The notes: generated by a model from the letters alone, not told the origin. 64,000 nt of DNA from Promethearchaeota archaeon (GCA_048941015.1 JBHLNZ010000009.1:16169-80168); one strand, 5' to 3'; shown: positions 23,109-34,342, counted from the first letter of the stretch. Made by a program: numbers and translations.

Positions 23109-24697
23109 GAAAATCCTGGTGAAATTCTTTTAGTTTTTTTTGTAACTTGTTCTTTTTTAGCCCCCTTTATGAAATCTTCAAATAAGGGAATACTAATTGG
23201 AACTGCAAATTTAGTGAAAGTAGAAGTGACTATTGCTTCCCCTTTATCTAAACTTCCAATAGTTTGATAATCTTCAGATAAATCTTGTGCTGAGCTTTCA
23301 ATTAAAGCTCTCCGCTCAGGGCCCATCTCATTTCCTAAGATGATCTTAGTATTCATATTAGCTAATATTTCACGGTCTATTACGCTAGGTAGTTGGGTAA
23401 TAGCAATAAGTCCAATTTGAAATTTTCTTCCTTCACGAGCAATTTTTCCGAATACATTATCTATAGACTCTAATACTTTTTTTCCAATTACTCGTGGAGC
23501 TTCTTCTATTACAATAGAAATCACTGGTTTATCTTGTAATTGATCTTTAAATTTCAATCTTCTATATTCATTGAAAATACTTTCTACAATAATAGAAGCA
23601 ATAAAGATTTCCTCAGAACCTTGAAATAATGACGTATCTATTATTACAGTTTTACCTTTTGTTAAAGAAGTTATTATATCATGTGTAATTTGTTCATGAC
23701 CATCAAAAGTATGAATGCCATTTTCCAAGATATTTCCATCATCATCAGTAGTAATCCGTAATAGTAATCCAATTTTCCTTCTTAGAACTTCTATGGTATT
23801 AGGATGTATTCCTGACTGATTTCGACGTTCTTCAGTGAATTCATTAAACATTTCACGAATCCAATTTGTCTTATATGCTCTATAAAATGCAACGAGAGCC
23901 TGTATTTGAGGATCACTAAGTGTGATACTATCTATTATATGTCCAGGATTTATTAAATTAATATTAAACCGTAAATTAAAAGCGCCAGGTATTGATCTAA
24001 TTGTATAGTAGTCTAAAAATTCATCTCTTTTAGGATGGTCTCGTAATCCTTTTTGAGTTATGCTTCCGTAATATTCATTGTGAGGATCAAATACTAACTT
24101 CCCACATTTATCATTTTCCATAAGATCATATAACATTACTTTCACTAAGTTTGACTTTCCCCTTCCTGTTGCTGCGGGTATTAAGATATGGTGCTTTAAT
24201 ACTTCTATCGCATCTAATTTTACCTCAATATCCATAATTTTAGAGCCAGAACGTACCTTCCCTAAGCTTAATGGTGCATCAAACTGCTCTTCCTTAAAAA
24301 ACTGAAGATGACCATCTTCTAAATTATATATATCAGAAAAGAATTTTGGTAATTTCTTCGGTATTGATAACTCAAATTTCTTGGTTTCAGAATTTTTATT
24401 CACGGCTATTAATTCTCTTGCTTGAGCAAGAACATAATTTCTCAATTCAGGCTCATAAATTTTAAGATCAGAAGATTCCCTTTCTAATCCATATCCCGCC
24501 ATGAGTTCTAACGAACTTTCTGGGATTTGAGAACCATAAAATAAATCTTTAATTTGGAATATAGAATAATTATCTTTATTTTCTCCAGCAACAAATAATT
24601 CTCCAAGCTCAAATTCTTTATCAGATTTCTGTCTTAATATTAATTTAACAAAAGTACCTGATACAAAACTACCAATTTTATCTCCTAAAACGCTCAT
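23105..24697 (-). CDS. herA: HerA helicase/ATPase
   Basis: [38 protein letters not shown]. Confidence 0.92.
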   Translation of the reverse strand: MSVLGDKIGSFVSGTFVKLILRQKSDKEFELGELFVAGENKDNYSIFQIKDLFYGSQIPESSLELMAGYGLERESSDLKIYEPELRNYVLAQARELIAVNKNSETKKFELSIPKKLPKFFSDIYNLEDGHLQFFKEEQFDAPLSLGKVRSGSKIMDIEVKLDAIEVLKHHILIPAATGRGKSNLVKVMLYDLMENDKCGKLVFDPHNEYYGSITQKGLRDHPKRDEFLDYYTIRSIPGAFNLRFNINLINPGHIIDSITLSDPQIQALVAFYRAYKTNWIREMFNEFTEERRNQSGIHPNTIEVLRRKIGLLLRITTDDDGNILENGIHTFDGHEQITHDIITSLTKGKTVIIDTSLFQGSEEIFIASIIVESIFNEYRRLKFKDQLQDKPVISIVIEEAPRVIGKKVLESIDNVFGKIAREGRKFQIGLIAITQLPSVIDREILANMNTKIILGNEMGPERRALIESSAQDLSEDYQTIGSLDKGEAIVTSTFTKFAVPISIPLFEDFIKGAKKEQVTKKTKRISPGFS

Positions 24698-24711
24698 TTT
24701 TTAATCTTTCA

Positions 24712-25836
24712 CTAATTTTTTCTTATTGAATTTAATAAATCATGCGCATCAATAGATCTTATGCGCGGTAGTATAAATTTATCATAAATTTCTGAATCGA
24801 ATTCAGACAATAGATGTACTTTTTGTGGTTCAATTTCTCTTTGACCTATTCTACATAATTGATCCACTTTTATTAATCCATATGGATAACCTGGAAACGA
24901 TAAATCATTTGAGTTTAAAGCAATATTAGAGATTATTATCTCTTTTTCATGTTGGTTCAATTTATTAGATTGTTCCAGATATATATCAAACCTGAATGGT
25001 GAACGTGCATATTTATGTAGTTTTATAAAATAAACATCAGCTAAATTATCTGCTTTAGTTAATTTGTATATTGGGTGATAATACCATTCTTCTTCAGTAA
25101 ATTTATTATTACCCACTATATCAATTAAAGAAATTAAAGAGTCTCCATTTTTTGTGATTAATCTACAGGATTTTGAAAGTCCTGTTACATAAACATTTTT
25201 TGTTTGAGCAACAGAATACAAATCTTTCACTATAAGAATTTCATTTTTATAGCCTGTTTGAAGGGATCCATCTCTAATAAAAATATCTCCACTCTCTAAT
25301 TCATTATCAATAAATTTCATAGCGTAAGACCATTCAGCAAATCTCATTGCTACACCTCCAAAAATCTCTATATTAGGCATAAATCGAAAACCCATCATCA
25401 TTCGAACTTCATCAATAGGGATTATTATTTCTTCTTTAGGTAGAAAATCATTAAATTTTGATTCTCTAGGAAATAAGTGCGTATTATAAGCCATTTTTCC
25501 GTCAGATAATGGTTGAAGGATCGTTGCGGTATAGAATTCTATTACTTCTGGAGTATTTGCAAGGTTGCATACCATATTATTTTCAAATTTTACTCCTGCA
25601 ACTCTGCTTAAACTTATATTAAAATCTGCCCCGCTTAAAATCGAAGAAGAACCTCCATCTACAAACCCCAGTTTTCTGATATCATTACATTCCGGGATTC
25701 TAAAAAAGCGGTCTTCTGTAATATCAAAACTTACCTCATCATCTCCCTCAGAATACGGAACATCGTCCTCTGCTAATTCCCTTTTACAGCTTTGAATAAA
25801 ATCAATGCATTCCTTCAATGGAGACTTTTTTTCCAT
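24712..25836 (-). CDS. nurA: NurA nuclease
   Basis: FVDGG, RDGSL, GLSK, GYPYGL; in operon with herA, mre11 and rad50. Confidence 0.88.
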   Translation of the reverse strand: MEKKSPLKECIDFIQSCKRELAEDDVPYSEGDDEVSFDITEDRFFRIPECNDIRKLGFVDGGSSSILSGADFNISLSRVAGVKFENNMVCNLANTPEVIEFYTATILQPLSDGKMAYNTHLFPRESKFNDFLPKEEIIIPIDEVRMMMGFRFMPNIEIFGGVAMRFAEWSYAMKFIDNELESGDIFIRDGSLQTGYKNEILIVKDLYSVAQTKNVYVTGLSKSCRLITKNGDSLISLIDIVGNNKFTEEEWYYHPIYKLTKADNLADVYFIKLHKYARSPFRFDIYLEQSNKLNQHEKEIIISNIALNSNDLSFPGYPYGLIKVDQLCRIGQREIEPQKVHLLSEFDSEIYDKFILPRIRSIDAHDLLNSIRKN

Positions 25837-26097
25837 AAAAATATAACTTATCTGTTTTTGTATTATAATTTTATTATAATTTAATTTTTAACAGTTTAAT
25901 TTTATTAAATCCTTATTATGTCTTTTTACCATTTTAAAAGAATATAATCAATTAAGTAAATTGAGCTCGGAGTTTTTAAAAAAAAAAAGACTAATTTAGT
26001 TTTATGAATTTTAAAAAAATTCAGCAATGTAAAATCTTAAAAGTTGATTTATATAATTATCTTGCATACTAATTCCGTATAACAAGTTGAAAATTGG

Positions 26098-27033
26098 ATG
26101 AAATCTAAATCTAAAGAAAAAATAATGGTTTTATTTATCATTTTTGCTTTTTCTTTTTTTATTAGCATCAGGCTGAATTTCAAAAGTGTTGAAATGAATA
26201 CAGATATATCAGAAAATGAAACATTAAATATATCAGACATTTCAGGAAAAATTCATATTAATAATAATTGGTCTGATGCTAAGATAGCAGGAAAATGCAC
26301 AGGATATGGTAATTCTACTCATCCTTATGTTATAGAAGATCTAATTATCGATGCAGAAAATATAGGAAATTGTATTTTAATTGAAAATACTAATGATTAC
26401 TTTATAATTGAGAATTGTACTCTTTATAATTCAGATGATACATACATTATAACTCATGCTGGAATTACTTTAATTAATGTCACGAATGGTGTAATAACTA
26501 ATAATACTCTTTATGATAACTTTGATGGAATTTATTTAAATTCAAGCACTAATGATATCATCATTGGAAATATAATTTATAATAGCATTAATGCCGATAT
26601 TGAATTGTTATACTCTGGTGGCAATATAATATATCTTAACAGTTTTCAATCAACTCATATTGATATTTTTTATTTGTATTCAATTAATACTTACAGTTCG
26701 CAGAAAAAGCTAATTTATACCTATAATGGGAAGAATCACACTAATTTCCTGGGTAATTACTGGGAAGGATATAGCGGATTAGATGAGGATGACGATGGAA
26801 TTGGAGACTCTCCCCATACTATTGTACCTTTTGAACCTGGACCCGGCAAATCTGTTTTAACGGACAATTACCCTTTAATAGAACCTCTATCAAACTATAA
26901 GATCATTGGATTTGCAGAAGAAAGTCCTGGAGCAATTCCTGGATACAATTCATTCTTATTTATTGGATTAATTAGTATTACTATAATATTTTTCCTTAAA
27001 AGTACTAAAAAAGGTCTAAAATTAAAATTTTAA
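26098..27033 (+). CDS. NosD-like beta-helix surface protein with IPGY C-terminal sorting tail
   Basis: Signal peptide, PYVIEDLII, GNYWEGY..D.DDDGIGD, IPGY-TM-basic tail. Confidence 0.82.
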   Translation: MKSKSKEKIMVLFIIFAFSFFISIRLNFKSVEMNTDISENETLNISDISGKIHINNNWSDAKIAGKCTGYGNSTHPYVIEDLIIDAENIGNCILIENTNDYFIIENCTLYNSDDTYIITHAGITLINVTNGVITNNTLYDNFDGIYLNSSTNDIIIGNIIYNSINADIELLYSGGNIIYLNSFQSTHIDIFYLYSINTYSSQKKLIYTYNGKNHTNFLGNYWEGYSGLDEDDDGIGDSPHTIVPFEPGPGKSVLTDNYPLIEPLSNYKIIGFAEESPGAIPGYNSFLFIGLISITIIFFLKSTKKGLKLKF

Positions 27034-27051
27034 TTTTTTTTCTTTTTTTTT
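27034..27051 (+). terminator. Oligo-T archaeal-type terminator
   Basis: Long T tract directly after the stop codon, between convergent genes. Confidence 0.55.
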
Positions 27052-27089
27052 ATTGAAAAGCTAACAAAAATAGAAATAAAGAATACAAA

Positions 27090-27947
27090 CTAAATTAAAA
27101 TTTTATTAAATTCATTTCCTAATTTTTCTGGAAGCTCTCCTAAATAGGAATTTGGTTCGGCAAATAGTAGATAAAAATATGGTTCAAATAGACCGTTTAA
27201 ACTCGGGCCTACATTCGATTTATAAATATAAACCCAGATTTGCGTATTATCATATTCAGATTGGCGATAAATCCAATTTAAAGGAGAAATTTCGGGAATA
27301 TTTCCAATATTTCTTAAAATTTCATGAATATTTTCTAATGAGTACTTTTTACCTATTACTGTTATAGGAGATAAATCAAATGAAGTTATACAAATTCCAT
27401 TAAGCCCATAATTTTTCATCTCAAGTAAAAAATCATTACCGACATGTTTAATTTTACTTTTATGCCTACGTAATTGAATTTTTGCTTTAGCATCAGTTAA
27501 TATATCTATTATTTTTTCTTCTTCTGAAGGTAGGATTTCCATAGATGAGTCGAGAGGGATTTTTTTAGTAATAATTGAATTATAAATCAAATTTATTTTT
27601 TCATGAAAAGATTTATGAAATAAATAAGGTTCCGTTTGAGCAGTAATTAAAACATTACCACTATAGTTGGTTTTAATTCTATTACTATTTGTGTTTTCAT
27701 TCGAATTGAATTCAAGAACATCTATTTTTTTATCCATGCTATGTGCAAATTTAAATAATGCTGATACCAATCCTGCATGAAGTTCAAATGCATTGGCTTG
27801 ATTAAAATTAAGATTCTGTTCGAGATTGCTTTTTGAGAAATCAAAAAATCTAAGATACAATTTAATTTTCTTTGGCGGGTCTTCAACAATTAAATGATAA
27901 TAGGGAAATCCCTCACTTGATATAACAGAAAATGTATATATTGTCAA
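27090..27947 (-). CDS. Hypothetical protein with longin/roadblock-like domain(s)
   Basis: FSVISSEGFPYY...AGLVSALFKF resembles the longin pattern; second half GLNGICITSFDLSPI. Confidence 0.55.
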   Translation of the reverse strand: MTIYTFSVISSEGFPYYHLIVEDPPKKIKLYLRFFDFSKSNLEQNLNFNQANAFELHAGLVSALFKFAHSMDKKIDVLEFNSNENTNSNRIKTNYSGNVLITAQTEPYLFHKSFHEKINLIYNSIITKKIPLDSSMEILPSEEEKIIDILTDAKAKIQLRRHKSKIKHVGNDFLLEMKNYGLNGICITSFDLSPITVIGKKYSLENIHEILRNIGNIPEISPLNWIYRQSEYDNTQIWVYIYKSNVGPSLNGLFEPYFYLLFAEPNSYLGELPEKLGNEFNKILI

Positions 27948-28114
27948 CTTTTAGCTTTTTCTCTATATAATTATCTTTTTAACCAACTTCAATATATTAG
28001 TATGATTTTATAAAGTTTTGCTGCGAAATAATCAATCAAAGCAAATCTTAATGAGTTTTCCTTAATAAAACTGAAAATATATTAAATAAAAAAAGAATTT
28101 TTTATATGGTTTTT

Positions 28115-28297
28115 CTAATCATCTAGAAGGTCCTCTTTTCCTTCTTTAACTGCTTTTTTAAATCCTTTTTTAACACTTCCTTTTTTAACGCCTTTTTTTA
28201 CACCTTTACCAATAGCTTCGCTTCCTGTAAGTTCCTCTGCGAGACCTCCAGCAACTTTAGCAAAACCTTTCTTGAATTTTTTACCAAGTCCACCCAT
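28115..28297 (-). CDS. 60-aa Lys/Gly-rich peptide
   Basis: AGAGGA SD before ATG, T tract downstream, repeated KKG(F/V) units. Confidence 0.7.
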   Translation of the reverse strand: MGGLGKKFKKGFAKVAGGLAEELTGSEAIGKGVKKGVKKGSVKKGFKKAVKEGKEDLLDD

Positions 28298-28459
28298 AAT
28301 ATATCATCCTCTTTATTATAATTACAAATTAAAATTATCTTATTCAATAGTAATAGAAGTTCTATTTATATTTCTCTTTTTAATTAAACAAAAAAGCTGT
28401 TTTATAATGTCCAATTCTCCTTCTATAAAACATTAATTCTATAAGTTGATAAGAATTAA

Positions 28460-29416
28460 TTGGATTATTATTACAAAGAAGGAATAAATATGTCTCAAAG
28501 TAAAATTTTAGAGAAAATTTATAAAAAATTGGATGAGAATGGTTATAAAGGGAAGATTATTTCTGCAAAACATATTCCAGACTTACAAAATGATATAAAA
28601 AAACATTATGAATTAAATCTATTTGACCCTGAATTTTATAACGAATTTAAATCTTATTTTGAATTTAAACCAGATGTAGATTTACCTGAAATTAATTCTC
28701 TTTTTATTCTAGCAATCCCACAACCACAATATGAGGCAATTTTCCACTGGAATAGTGAAAAAATTTCATTATTAATACCTCCTACCTATTTACATGGTCT
28801 AAGAATAATAAACCAAACTAAAGATCTTCTTAATATAATTCTTAATCAAGAAGGTTATAAGGTGGAATATGGTTTTCTTCCTGCTAAAACCTTGGCAGTC
28901 CGTAGTGGTTTAGCTGAATATGGCAGAAATAATATTACTTATGTGCCAGGAATGGGCAGTTTCCATCGTTTATTGGCATTTTATTCCGATTTTCCTGTTG
29001 AGTTTGATATTTGGCAAGAATTAAGGTTGATGGATCTATGCAAAGAATGTTCTGCTTGTATTCGTAGATGTCCAACAGGAGCGATCCCAAAAGATAGAAT
29101 TCTCTTACATGCTGAACGATGTTTAACCTTCCATAATGAACACCCAGGAAATATACCTTTTCCTGAATGGATCGATTCTTCATGGCACAATTGCTTAGTC
29201 GGATGTCTTCATTGCCAGAAAGTCTGTCCAGCAAATAAAAAAGTAATTAATTGGACAGAACCAGGGCCAATTTTTAATGAACAAGAGATAAAGCAAATAT
29301 TAAATGGCAAAACGGTGGAAGAACTCCAGCCAGAAACCAAAACCAAAATAGAAGAATTTGATCTTATAAATTATTATGAAGTTCTCCCCAGAAATCTAAG
29401 TGTTTTTTTAAATTAA
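28460..29416 (+). CDS. QueG-like (epoxyqueuosine reductase family) 4Fe-4S protein
   Basis: RSGLAEYGRNN..GMGS, CKECSACIRRCP, RCLT, GCLHCQKVCP. Confidence 0.82.
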   Translation: MDYYYKEGINMSQSKILEKIYKKLDENGYKGKIISAKHIPDLQNDIKKHYELNLFDPEFYNEFKSYFEFKPDVDLPEINSLFILAIPQPQYEAIFHWNSEKISLLIPPTYLHGLRIINQTKDLLNIILNQEGYKVEYGFLPAKTLAVRSGLAEYGRNNITYVPGMGSFHRLLAFYSDFPVEFDIWQELRLMDLCKECSACIRRCPTGAIPKDRILLHAERCLTFHNEHPGNIPFPEWIDSSWHNCLVGCLHCQKVCPANKKVINWTEPGPIFNEQEIKQILNGKTVEELQPETKTKIEEFDLINYYEVLPRNLSVFLN

Positions 29417-29511
29417 ATATTTAAAGTATTTTTTTATACTATCAAATCAACTGAAAGCAAATAATGTAAGTAGATTTAATATCAAAATAAAAATTAATTT
29501 AATTAAAAAAA

Positions 29512-30054
29512 ATGGCACGTTTAGAGAAATGGATTGAGAAAGAGGGAGAAGATGTTCTTCGGGATATAGGAGTAAAAGAAAGCCAAAAAGTGTTAGATTT
29601 TGGATGTGGATCAGGAGTGTATTCTATAATTGCTTCAAAAATTGTTGGTAATTCTGGTAAGATTTATGCAATAGATTCTGATGAAAAAGGTCTGCTTGTT
29701 GATTTAATCGAAAAGGTAAAGAAAAAAAAAATCAAGAATATTGAGATTATTAAGACTTCGGGTGAGATAGATTTTAGATTTCCTAATGAAAGTATTGACG
29801 TAATTTTTATGTATGATATTCTTCATTTATTAAACGATGATGAAATAGATAAGCTAATCAAAGAATCCAATCGCCTTCTTAAAAAAGGAGGGTTTATTTC
29901 TTACCATGTGACTCATGTTGGAGAAGTTAATTTAGAGGAGATTCATAATAAAGTGAAAAATAATGGTTTTTCAATTAATAGAAAATTCAAAAAACCTATG
30001 TTTCACTGGGCTTGGATTGAAGATTCTACTATTTTTAATTATTATAAGGAATAA
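29512..30054 (+). CDS. Class I SAM-dependent methyltransferase
   Basis: VLDFGCGSG, LLKKGG. Confidence 0.88.
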   Translation: MARLEKWIEKEGEDVLRDIGVKESQKVLDFGCGSGVYSIIASKIVGNSGKIYAIDSDEKGLLVDLIEKVKKKKIKNIEIIKTSGEIDFRFPNESIDVIFMYDILHLLNDDEIDKLIKESNRLLKKGGFISYHVTHVGEVNLEEIHNKVKNNGFSINRKFKKPMFHWAWIEDSTIFNYYKE

Positions 30055-30135
30055 ATTGAAGCTTCACTTTATCTATGGTAATCTTTTAATTATTTGTTTA
30101 AAATATAAATAGTCTTCTTTCTTAATCTGTAAATA

Positions 30136-30612
30136 ATGTATCCTACTGAAATTCCCTATAATTTTAAATCAAATAACCCAATCGAAGAATATGCGGAAGT
30201 AAAACCAAGTAAAGTTCATGGATTAGGCTTATTTGCAAAGAAATTAATTCCAAAAGGTACGATATGGTGGCACGCTCGTCCGCAAGATGTATTAATAATA
30301 ACTAAAGATCAATTTTTAAAATTAGATTCTTCTCATAAATCCGCTAAGATGGAAAATTTTATGAAAAGTCTCCTTACATATTCCTACTATGAAAGAGACC
30401 TTGATGCTCTTATTTTTTGCTTAGATGATTCGAGATTCGTAAATCATTCATTCGATGCCAATTCAGGAGCGTCTGAAGATGAAAATGGATTTTGTGCAGT
30501 AGCTCAAAAGGATATTAAACCTGGTGAAGAAATTACAGAAGATTATTCAAGATATACCATTTGTTCATGGTTAAAAAAGTATAAAGAGTATTTTGATCCT
30601 TGTTGTTGGTAA
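30136..30612 (+). CDS. SET-domain protein (putative lysine methyltransferase)
   Basis: SKVHGLGLFA, RFVNHSFDAN, DIKPGEEITEDY. Confidence 0.9.
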   Translation: MYPTEIPYNFKSNNPIEEYAEVKPSKVHGLGLFAKKLIPKGTIWWHARPQDVLIITKDQFLKLDSSHKSAKMENFMKSLLTYSYYERDLDALIFCLDDSRFVNHSFDANSGASEDENGFCAVAQKDIKPGEEITEDYSRYTICSWLKKYKEYFDPCCW

Positions 30613-30710
30613 TAAGAAAAGAGATACATTTTTGTCACATTTTTTATATATTAGCTTTTCTTAGTCAACCTTACTAATAATTTTAAAAGAAATCCAAAAA
30701 TCTTTAAAAG

Positions 30711-31106
30711 GTGGAATGTGTAAGAAAAATGGCTGAAATTTCAAAAGAAGCGAAAATTGTATTTTTAATAAATATTATTGTTTGCTTTATCTTTGCTTTT
30801 TTCTTTTTTGGAATCCCAGAAATTTATTATGATTTAGTTGGCGGTGTTGGATTTTCTGCTGTTTGTTGGCGTCAAATAGGAGGAACAATTCTAATCCTTG
30901 GCTTATTTGGTATAATTGCTTTAATAAGAAAAGAATGGGAGCAAGTAAGAATATATTGGGAATTTGGAATAGCGTTCATAATACTCTTAATCGTTATAGA
31001 TTTATGGTTTGGAATTGGAGTATATGGTGCATTTGAATATACGTTGATAGTTGAGATAGTATTAGCTGTGATCAATATCTTTTTTTACATACGAGAAAGA
31101 AAATAG
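30711..31106 (+). CDS. Hypothetical 4-TM membrane protein (likely ATG start at 30729)
   Basis: Four hydrophobic helices. Confidence 0.7.
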   Translation: MECVRKMAEISKEAKIVFLINIIVCFIFAFFFFGIPEIYYDLVGGVGFSAVCWRQIGGTILILGLFGIIALIRKEWEQVRIYWEFGIAFIILLIVIDLWFGIGVYGAFEYTLIVEIVLAVINIFFYIRERK

Positions 31107-31268
31107 AAAATTAAAATATAACTTTTTTTTATTTTTGGTTTGAAAATAATTTCTGATTAGATTTTGGTTAGATAAGGTAAATTAAGCTATTTTCTAATAA
31201 ACCATAATGAGCAGATTTAAACATTCAATTTTTTACTTAGATATAATTATAAATAGATTTTAAAAAAG

Positions 31269-31736
31269 GTGATAAATATTTATAAAAAGATTCTTTTAGG
31301 TATTGATAAATCTGATCACTCAACGAAAGCAGTTGAGAGAGCTCTGGAAATTCAAAAAAGAGATAATAGTGAAGTAGTTATATTTCATTCTGTTTTACAC
31401 AAATTATCTGATATTAGACCAACATTTGCGGGTATAAATATAAGTGCCGGTGAATCATTAAATTATGAGATCCATGAAGATCGCGTAAAAGAAGCAAGTA
31501 AATTATTAGAAGATATAAAGAAAAAGTTTGAGGGTTCTTCTGCAAAAGTTGAAACACGATTGGCTTACGATATTGGACCACAGTATTATATTGAGGAAAA
31601 AGTAAGAGAAGAAGGTTATGATTTAGTAATTCTGGGTTGTCAAGGCGAGCACTCAAAACTGAAGAGGACAATTTTAGGAACTGTACCTGAATATGTATTG
31701 AATCACGTTGAATCAGATGTTTTAGTTGTTAAATAA
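31269..31736 (+). CDS. Universal stress protein
   Basis: YKKILLGIDKS, DLVILGCQG..ILGTV..VLVVK. Confidence 0.92.
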   Translation: MINIYKKILLGIDKSDHSTKAVERALEIQKRDNSEVVIFHSVLHKLSDIRPTFAGINISAGESLNYEIHEDRVKEASKLLEDIKKKFEGSSAKVETRLAYDIGPQYYIEEKVREEGYDLVILGCQGEHSKLKRTILGTVPEYVLNHVESDVLVVK

Positions 31737-31817
31737 TTTTTTCCCCGTTAATTTTTTTAGTTTAAATGATACTTTCTAATAAAATTTCTATATGATTAAT
31801 AATTTTCATTAATAACA

Positions 31818-32537
31818 ATGGACACTGATTTAATTTGGAACCAACAAAAATGGACTAAACCGGCGCGCTCTTTAACTGAAGGCCTTAAGAAATTCCCAGA
31901 GGATTCTAAAATCATATTAATCATTCGACATTCTCATAGAAACTCTATTAAAAGTTTAAATGATATGGGTGATCTAAAATTAACACCAATAGGGCATGAG
32001 ATAGCTAAATTATTTGGGAGTAAATTACCGACAAGCAGAGATGTAAAACTTTATTATAGTCCAATTGAACGCTGTGTAGAAACTGCACAAGATATTTTGA
32101 TTGGATTTAATTCTATAAATGGAAACGGTAATTTGGTGGAAGATTTAAATGTATTATATGATATAGGAGTTGATGCAGAATACTTTTTTGAAGAAGTTTC
32201 AAAATATCCTTTTGTATATTTTCTTTATAGATGGATTGCAGATTTATATCCAGAAAGTATAGTTCAACCCTTTAATAAATTTTGCCGGGAGGCTGCAAAT
32301 ATTATTTGGAATAAATCCTCATTATCGAACGAAAATGATAATAATTCTCTTTATATTCACGTTTCTCATGATCTCATGATTTTAAGTTATCGTCTAGGAT
32401 GGTTTGGATTATCTCCCAGTGATAGATGGCCTTCATTTCTAGATGGATTTGCTTTCTCAATTAATGAGGATCATATCTTATTATTAGATCAGGGTAAATT
32501 TAGTAAAATAGAAATTCCTTACTGGTGGAATCGTTGA
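31818..32537 (+). CDS. Histidine phosphatase family protein
   Basis: IIRHS, LTPIG, SPIERCVETA, VSHD. Confidence 0.85.
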   Translation: MDTDLIWNQQKWTKPARSLTEGLKKFPEDSKIILIIRHSHRNSIKSLNDMGDLKLTPIGHEIAKLFGSKLPTSRDVKLYYSPIERCVETAQDILIGFNSINGNGNLVEDLNVLYDIGVDAEYFFEEVSKYPFVYFLYRWIADLYPESIVQPFNKFCREAANIIWNKSSLSNENDNNSLYIHVSHDLMILSYRLGWFGLSPSDRWPSFLDGFAFSINEDHILLLDQGKFSKIEIPYWWNR

Positions 32538-32603
32538 TATATCCTACTAATTTGAAGATATTGAAGTAAAAATCTTCTTATTATTATCGAAATTATAAAA
32601 AAA

Positions 32604-33083
32604 TTAAAACTCAAATCTACATTTAGTGCATACTCTTTTCTTTGCATAAATTCTTCTTGGAATATAGCTAAGTATCCGATTTTTATCATCAACCTCTTTG
32701 ATTGCAAATCCTGAGGCTCCACAATTCGGACATTGTCTCTTTACAAATCCTATATCTGTACTATATGTCCCTGTAGGAGAGATTTTTGGAAGATTTATTT
32801 GAGGCGCTTGTGATGGTGGTGAAGGTTTGAATTGTGGAGGAGGATGAAATGTAGGTTGAGAATTTGATGCAGAATAAGAATTTGATGTATACTGTTGTTG
32901 AGTATCTTGAATTCGAGCTTTTAATTGTTCATTTTCATTTATAAGTTGATTAATATAACGATCTTTTTCCTCAAGAAGAGATTGATAATTTACTAATTGT
33001 CTTTGTAATTCATCTATTTGATTTGATAAATATAATATTTTATTTTCCCAATCGGCTATGAGATCATCCATATTATTATACAT
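32604..33083 (-). CDS. Coiled-coil, Pro-rich linker, zinc-ribbon protein
   Basis: N-terminal heptads, PPPQFKPSPP, CPNC...CTKC. Confidence 0.75.
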   Translation of the reverse strand: MYNNMDDLIADWENKILYLSNQIDELQRQLVNYQSLLEEKDRYINQLINENEQLKARIQDTQQQYTSNSYSASNSQPTFHPPPQFKPSPPSQAPQINLPKISPTGTYSTDIGFVKRQCPNCGASGFAIKEVDDKNRILSYIPRRIYAKKRVCTKCRFEF

Positions 33084-33308
33084 TAGATAAATAGACTCCT
33101 TATTTTAACTTTGGTGTGTTTTTTTACTATTGTACTTAGTACCGACATAAATATAAATATTATTAAAAACTATTAAAAAAATTAATAACCATAATCTTGA
33201 GAACAAACCTAAAAATTATCTTAAAGAAAAGATAGATAAGCATGAATAGAGAATTTTTGTGCTTTAATGAATTTTAAACTTTAATGATATAAAAAAATAG
33301 AACCAAAC

Positions 33309-34337
33309 ATGTCAAGGCTAAAAAACTTTTTTAGGCCATTTTATTCCAAAACCGCTCCAATTCTAAATGAAGTTGGAACTGAAAAACCCAATAGCATAGC
33401 TTCAATGGAATTTGTAAAGTTGGGAGAAATAGATCAGTGGATTCTCATTCGTAGTCATAATCTTGATAATCCATTATTATTATTATTGCATGGTGGACCT
33501 GGTTCAGCAGACTCCCCATTAGCTTATAAATTTCAGAGTGAACTTGAAGAACATTTTATTGTTGTTAATTATGATCAAAGAGGGGCAGGTAAATCCTATT
33601 CTAAAAAGATTCCAAAAGAATCGATGAAAATTGAACAATTTGTATCTGATACATATAATTTAATTATACTACTTAAAAAAAGATTTAATAAAGAGAAAAT
33701 TTATCTAGTTGGCCACTCCTGGGGAAGTATGTTAGGCACTCTTCTTGTACTACGTTATCCTGAGCTTTTTTATGCATATATTGGAGTTGGACAAGTAGTG
33801 AATCTTATCGATAATGAAATTTTTTCCTTCCAATTCACCCTTAAGGAAGCTAAAAAAAGAGATAATAAGAAAGCCATTAAGCAACTTGAAAAGATAAGAC
33901 CTTATTCAGGCGAAAAATTAGCTCACTTAAGAATTCAGAGGAAATGGTTAAAGAAATTTGGAGGTGTTCTTCACAATGAAACAAGTATGTGGCCATTACT
34001 TAAAATTGGCATGTGTTCTCCCGAATACAATTTTGCTGATTTTATTAGATATATTAGAGGTACACGTTTTTCTATTAAAAATCTTTGGAATGATTTATTC
34101 GAATTAGACTTCTTTAAAGAAATCAAGGAATGTAAGGTACCTATATACTTCTGTATTGGCCGATATGATTATAATGCTCCATTTGAGTTATCGGAACGAT
34201 TCTTTAAGCAATTAAAGGCCCCTATAAAAAAATTTATATGGTTCGAGAATTCAGCTCATTGCCCTAATTTTGAAGAACCTAAGAAGTTCAAGAACTTTTT
34301 AATCAATGAAATGCTTCCAGAAACTTATAATGAATAA
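33309..34337 (+). CDS. Alpha/beta hydrolase (proline iminopeptidase-like)
   Basis: HGGPG, DQRGAG, GHSWG, GRYD, SAH. Confidence 0.9.
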   Translation: MSRLKNFFRPFYSKTAPILNEVGTEKPNSIASMEFVKLGEIDQWILIRSHNLDNPLLLLLHGGPGSADSPLAYKFQSELEEHFIVVNYDQRGAGKSYSKKIPKESMKIEQFVSDTYNLIILLKKRFNKEKIYLVGHSWGSMLGTLLVLRYPELFYAYIGVGQVVNLIDNEIFSFQFTLKEAKKRDNKKAIKQLEKIRPYSGEKLAHLRIQRKWLKKFGGVLHNETSMWPLLKIGMCSPEYNFADFIRYIRGTRFSIKNLWNDLFELDFFKEIKECKVPIYFCIGRYDYNAPFELSERFFKQLKAPIKKFIWFENSAHCPNFEEPKKFKNFLINEMLPETYNE

Positions 34338-34342
34338 TATAT

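Noticed and set aside
19681-25836. HerA plus nuclease as an anti-phage defence system
   Set aside because: Linkage with mre11 and rad50 marks the housekeeping end-resection operon.
10272-29416. Two QueG-like proteins as respiratory reductive dehalogenases
   Set aside because: They are short, with no Tat signal and no RdhB-like anchor; substrate cannot be assigned from sequence.
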